Shown here in pieces: positions 57,719 to 64,000 of a stretch of DNA of 64,000 bases. The notes under the pieces are model-generated. The model worked only from the letters and a program-made list of their open reading frames with translations, did no database searches and was not told the DNA's origin. Every line of letters starts with the position of its first letter. The stretch's first letter is position 1. The stretch lies in assembly GCF_009914755.1 (NCBI RefSeq), contig NC_060930.1. The stretch is one strand, 5' to 3'. The stretch comes from the human T2T-CHM13v2.0 reference genome, Homo sapiens. The translations under genes were made by a program, and so were the position numbers.

Positions 57719-60542
57719 GGACCACCCCTCCTCAAGCCCTATTCCAGGCACAGGGGACATACAGTAAGACCCAATGTCTTCTCTCTAAGAACTTAGAAGC
57801 TATGTGGGGAGACAAACCACATAGCCACAAAGAGTTAAACAGTGACAGATGGCGAGAGCTAAAGGAATGAAGAAATTGCATCTTAGAATCCAGTTCTACA
57901 GAATAAGACCTTTGCCCTTTTGCTGTAGAGGATACAAAACAATCTGCTTGAGAAATAATGCCTGCCCCAACTGATTTCGTAATCCCTGTTGCAGTTGATT
58001 TAAAGGAGATGCTGCCTATCTATGGCATGTGCCTCAGGTAACTACGTGAAGTGGGATCACTGTCTCTATCAAATGCTTACTACAGTGTCTCCTCAAGGCA
58101 GAGCAGAGAAACTGAGCAGGTTTAAACGAGGTATACCCAATTCCTTTGTCTCTCACCTTTTTTCCCTCACTTTTCTTCACAGTCTGAAGGAAAAAGGAAA
58201 TATGATCCAAGCCAGAAACTGCCGATGTTTTGTTCCTATTGTCACTTTGCAGAGCTTCTTCATCCATAAGTACTTTCAGGGCAATTCCTACTCCTCACCT
58301 GCTTTTCAAACTTCCCCTCTAAATTTCTAGGCCCACTAGTTGCTGAGAACAAGACTTCCTACTTTTTGCAAATAGTTAAAGAGGGAGGAAGAATGGGGGA
58401 GAGAAGGATAATAGGAAAGTAGGGAAGGGAGGAAGGAGAGGAAGAAAGAAGGAAAAGGGAAATAGTAACGGCACAAATTAGAAACTGCAATGAGCAAACA
58501 GCAATTGGTTTCTGTTCTCAGCTACCCTGTTTTTCAATTGGGACTGGAATACAGTTTTGTAGCCTCCATAGCTCTAAGGAAATGAACAAAGTGGCTGTTT
58601 GCAGATCATTGGTGACTTTTCTCAGTGCAATGTATGGCCAATTGTATAGGGATTAAATTCTACTATCTTTACTTTTGTTCTTTTGTGACAAAACAGATCA
58701 AATAAAAAAATGTTTTCCACGTAACCTCTCAATTAATGTGAATCCACATAAATCCTTAATTTTTAATTAAATTGAAATTTTTGGACCCTCCCCCTCCACT
58801 TACCCCATTACATTGAGGTTATACAACAAAAAGAAATACATTTTCAGAAAACGATAAAAGCATGACAAATTGAGTATTAACAATATTCTTATCTGGCTGA
58901 CACTTCAACCTCTTAACTATATTTTTATATGTAAACATTCTGAAGATACTTCCAATTCCTGTTGCTGAAATAGATACATTACGTGAAATCACAGTCCAGT
59001 CCCCAAACATATACCAACATTTACCAAACATAAAATTGCTCTGACTTCAGAAAGGAAGAAAGAGTACAAAATACCACAGCACCTTTATTCTTCCATCTCC
59101 TAGCCATGCGAGGCCTCCTCTTATGTTTCCAATACTAGGACTCCATGAAAGTAGGATTGTAGCTTTCTGGAGTTCAGCTTTAAAAACTATAAGTCCATGG
59201 TAGACAAAGATGGATGAGTAGAGCTGAATAATAAAAGAGGTTTTTGTTCGCAAGAAAGACAGAAACCAATGGCCTAGCTTCAAAGTTTGGAGGATGTATA
59301 TGGCATCCAGGAGCATGGCTTGTTCTACTGAGGGTAGGCAGGGATAAGTGAGGTTTTAGAAGACCTCTGATAGAAAACAACCCAAGGCTAAGCCATTTCC
59401 CTCCCACCTTATCCTCATGAACAATTCAGTGTGAAATAGACAAGGACCAGGAAAAGATCTTATTATACGGGATTATCTGCTGGCCAGAACTCAATGCAAT
59501 CAGACCAACAAAGCCCTGTTTCTAGAGGCCTCTCTGAGCACCTGGAATAGCTTTACTAAACAGAACCTCTCTTTGTAATAGGATTTTACCCGGTTGCATG
59601 TTTGAGACTAGCAATTTGGAAAGAAAAGACTTTCCTTAGAAAAACACCTTAAATATAAATATCCCAATGCAAAAATCTGAGGAACAAGCCTAAACTATTG
59701 GAAGAGATAGTTATGCCTCAATGAAACTACTGTAATTTAGTTTGAAAAGCATATTGCTGTGGTACTGCTTTCACAGACGAGTAGGATCAGGCTTTGTTTG
59801 ATTTGGCACTTCCATTATTTTTACAAAATAGGATATTGTTTTAAGGACACAGGCATAGTAGTTTATAAGGTTACCATGGTCATAAGAACGTCTAAGGTCA
59901 TTATATTAAATTGCTTTCTGCTGCTGGACCAGTTTTTACTCTACAACTTGCTGTGTTCTCAAGAATTTTAAAAACCAGACTGCAAAAGAGAGTTTAAAAA
60001 TGTAGCTGACCATAATCTATAAATGCAACTACTAAAGGAATGGAGTTGCTTTTGTAATAAAGTGAATAATGAGAGGACAGTTCCAGATATTTAATTATCT
60101 ATCAGGATGTTCACATGGTTTTCTACTAATTGGGTAAATCTGCAACAGAACAAATATCCTGACTAGGCACTTACAGGGCAGTTTAATGCAATTCTGATCC
60201 TAGACTGGATCCTACACTAGAGAAAAAAAAGTATATTATCTACCAAGGGCCTTATTGGGTCAACATACAATATTGGCAAATGAAAGGCAAAGGATTGTAA
60301 CCCTGCTAAATTTATTAAGGTTGAAAACTGTAGTATGTTTTCTGAAGAGAACAGTCTTATTGTCAGGAAATACATGCTAAAGTATCAGGGGATAAAAGGC
60401 CATAAAATAATTAAGAAAAATTATTTTTTCCATGTATGTATGTGTATATATGCACATAATTATATATTATATATTACATGTTATATAATATATAATAAGC
60501 TATTCTATAATACATATTTTACAATATAAAATCTATATGTGA

Positions 60543-60905
<363 letters not shown>

Positions 60906-61154
60906 TAAATGTGGGCACAGGTATGTAGGTATTCTTTGTACTGTTGCTGCAACTTTTCAAAAGTTTGGAATTATGTACAAATAAAAAGATTTTTTTTTTT
61001 TTTAATTAAAAAGAAGGGGGAATTGAAGCTTTCCCCAGACAGGCTTCCAGTAAATAGTTGTCTTATTCAAGTTTATGCAGGCTTAGTCTGATAAGACCCA
61101 AATAGGATGTTTGCCTCTGCCCGACTTTCACTTGACTTTTGACCATCTACATCA

Positions 61155-61650
61155 TAGGTGTCCAATCTTTTGGCTTCCCTGAGCCACACTGGAAGAAGAA
61201 TCGTCTTGGGCCACATAAAATACACCAATAATAGCTGATAAGCTAAAAAAACAAACAAAAAACGCTGGGCAAGGTGGCTCACACCTGTAATCCCAGCACT
61301 TTGGGAGGCCGAGGCGGGCGGATCACCTGAGGTTGGGAGTTCAAGACCAGCCTGACCAACATGGAGAAACCCCATCTCTAGTAAAAATACAAAATTAGCT
61401 GGGCATGGTGGTACATGCCTGTAATCCCAGCTACTCAGGAGGCTGAGGCAGGAGAATCGCTTGAACCTGGGAGGTGAAGTTGTGGTGAGCTGAGATCACA
61501 CCATTGCACTCCAGCCTGAGCAACAAGAGCTAAATTCTGTCTCAAAAAAAAAAAAAAAAAAAAAAACCCTCAGAAAGTTTATGAATTTGTGTCGGGCTGC
61601 ATTCAAAGCCAAAGCTGTCCTGGGTCATGGGATGGACAAACTTGATTTAC
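61155..61650 (+). mobile_element. MER30 element interrupted by an Alu
   Basis: ggtgtccaatcttttggcttccctg...ggacaaacttg. Confidence 0.75.
61264..61566 (+). mobile_element. AluS inside MER30
   Basis: Full Alu with long A-tail. Confidence 0.92.
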
Positions 61651-63096
61651 ACAAATCAATAAGGGGAAGCAAAATGAGTTGCAAGACTTTTTTAACTTTT
61701 TCTAAACGTTTCGTTATAGAAGTGGCATGTACTTAGTACAGACAACTTGGGGAAAGTACAGAAAACTAATAAAGAAAAAAGAAACCCACACATAAATCCC
61801 ACCACACTGGGGAAAAAAAATTGTCACTTTGGCATATTTCCATTCAGTCTTATTCTCAAGTTTAATGAGAGTTGGGATTATATTCTACAAAGTATGTAGT
61901 TTGGTGTTTGTTTTTTTCCTTTAACCTAGTATAAACACTTTCCTGGCTAAAATCAAAAACTTCATAAAATCTTGAATGTCAACATAATATTCCATTCTAT
62001 GAATATACCATAATTTACTTAGTTTTTCCCTAAAACTGTCCTTCTGTTATTTTCAATTTCTATGAGACATGATGTTGGGTTAAAAGTTTAAGATCTTTGT
62101 GCTTATATCTTTGTTTCAGTGTTTCTGATTATACCTTTATGATATATTCACAAGAATGGAATTGCCACGCCAAATGGTATAAATATTTGTAAGACCCCAA
62201 AAAGCCAAACTGCTTTTTAGAAAAATAGATATACCCCTTTCTCTTTGAGGGGAGAGGACACACCTGAATGGGGTTATCAAAACTGGGCTGAAGTTTCATT
62301 TAGGATTTAAAGAAAGAGAAGTTACTGCACAGTCTGAAAACTGCAGTCTTCAGATCAAACTTAGCTCTGGGACAAGTTCTATAAGCTATTTTTTGCCCTC
62401 AAAAGAGGAAAGGCCAAAATATTCCAGCCTGTATTCAACACATGCTGACTACCAGGAAAGAGATGTAATGCTGAGGCTCAGATGATGACCGACATATTAT
62501 GCTTCTGGGGTCTACAATCCAAAAGACCATCCTACCCTCCTGATAGACATGGGATCCTAAAATTTAAGTGGGGAAAATATATATGTGACGAAATTGTTAG
62601 GAATCTAAAAGCAAGGTTCTGACTGAAAATGGCAAACTTATGACAAGTTGGGTTTTGTCCCCTTCATTTGCTTCACAGCCTAATCGTATAGCAAAAGCAA
62701 GTGCTCCAACAGTCAGGAGTCTCGTCCCATCTGTCCTCAAAAACAACTAGCCTCTTGTTTGGATCAATGTTGCCAAACCTCTCTAAACTCAAATTTCTCA
62801 TTTGTTAAATGACAAGGTCAAACAAAGTCCCTAGGAGTCAATCAGGTCTCTGATTCCACAACATTCTTCTGTTTTAAAGGTACCAGGGGAAAAGGAGGAA
62901 GAGAGATTATTCTCTCTGAATGCATTACTTCTAATGAGACGGTCAATCTCTTTTTCTATAACACGACTAGATCAAGTAGTGTTTGGTCTACAAAGGAGAT
63001 TCCACAAACTACGCATTCCCATTCCTTCAGAAAACAGGGACTAGGGAAAAAGTGGTAGAGAGATCTGTGAGCAAGGAGAGAAGAGAGAAGGCTCAC

Positions 63097-63591
63097 CATG
63101 GCCATTGCAGTAGTAGATCCATTTCTCCCGGTTCTGGGTTGGAGTCATGGATTTCTTCAGCCCTGCCTTTTCCACAATGGCACTGGGATCCTGCCGGGGC
63201 CCCTTTTTCAGAGTCCTCGAGCTTTTCCGGATACTGCACACCACAATCACCACAAGCACCAGCAGCAGGAAAAGCACAATCATCCAGGGCAAATGCTCAT
63301 TGATGTCAAAATGCTTGTGTAGGTTCTGTCTAGGATGTCCCCTCTTGGGGCCCTTGATGGGCGTGCTGGACTTCTCGCCCCCAGTGGCCTCCATGGACGG
63401 CAGCAGCTTCAGGATGTGTCTGTGGTGGGGGCCTTGCTGGTGGTTGACTACCTGAAGGTTTGGGAGGGTCTTGTTCACGTCTTCCTTCCCCCTTGCTGAG
63501 CTTGTGTTGTCAGGGACTGTCCCTTCCTGGATGCTACTCAGTACCTTTGGTCTAACAGAGGCAGAAGAGTTGGATTCTGTTGAGTTCATGC
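63097..63591 (-). CDS. TNFRSF21: TNFRSF21 (DR6) coding exon 3: Ser/Thr-rich stalk, transmembrane helix and juxtamembrane region
   Basis: Translates (G)[15 protein letters not shown]...[26 protein letters not shown]...YYCNGH(G), which matches DR6. Acceptor tttttctag|GC at 63592/63591, donor G|gtgagc at 63097/63096. Length 495 nt, phase 1-1. Confidence 0.97.
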
Positions 63592-64000
63592 CTAGAAAAA
63601 AGAGTAAGGAGGGGGGAAGAGCTTTTCCATATTTGGGGATCTATACATTCCCTCCTTTCCCTGGTCATCTCCAAGCTAGGCCAGATAATCAAAGATAAGA
63701 TGACCCTTGGGGCTTAAGAATAAATTGTGTTGCACATTTTCATAAAGACCCTAATGGCACCTTCATGTGGAAGGCAAAAATGGAACTGAACCACTAAACT
63801 CACATTCTTACACCAAAACCAAGGGCAACCTTAAGGATCCAACAGCTGAGCTTGACAGCAGCTTCTCCTGTACTTCACATATTGAGCAGGCACATATATG
63901 TGCAGAGATCTAATCAATTCTTATTTTGAGTTTTCAGAGAACCAGTTCAAATTTAATTATTTTGTCCATCCTCCTTCTCCCACCTTTTGACTATTTTATG

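Noticed and set aside
63041-63096. ORF extensions past the exon 3 donor (also 32322-32411, 13732-13826 and 12151-12202)
   Set aside because: Intronic read-through in the ORF track. Canonical splice sites explain the true boundaries, and I see no supporting intronic poly(A) evidence.

Overview
Human-type genomic DNA (Alu- and L1-rich) containing the 3' part of TNFRSF21 (death receptor 6, DR6) on the minus strand. Four coding exons are present: exon 3 (63097-63591, stalk plus transmembrane segment), exon 4 (32412-32677, death domain), exon 5 (13827-14055, Ser/Pro-rich linker) and exon 6 (CDS 11921-12150, CARD-like tail). The 3'UTR runs to a poly(A) signal at about 10706. All splice junctions are canonical GT-AG and the phases join correctly. 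The rest is intronic or downstream DNA with many Alus, a 5.6-kb disabled L1PA, a twin-primed inverted L1, ERV/MaLR LTRs, DNA-transposon fossils and microsatellites. I cannot demonstrate a new multi-gene system here. The best unexplained structure is a ~155-bp, ~95%-identical, apparently non-transposon inverted repeat just past the poly(A) site. Others are a ~60-bp templated insertion copied from the exon 5 acceptor region into an Alu 2.7 kb away, an Alu insertion that deleted host L1 sequence, and a 124-codon ATG ORF in the 3'UTR. Repeat subfamily names come from recalled consensus sequences and need RepeatMasker confirmation.
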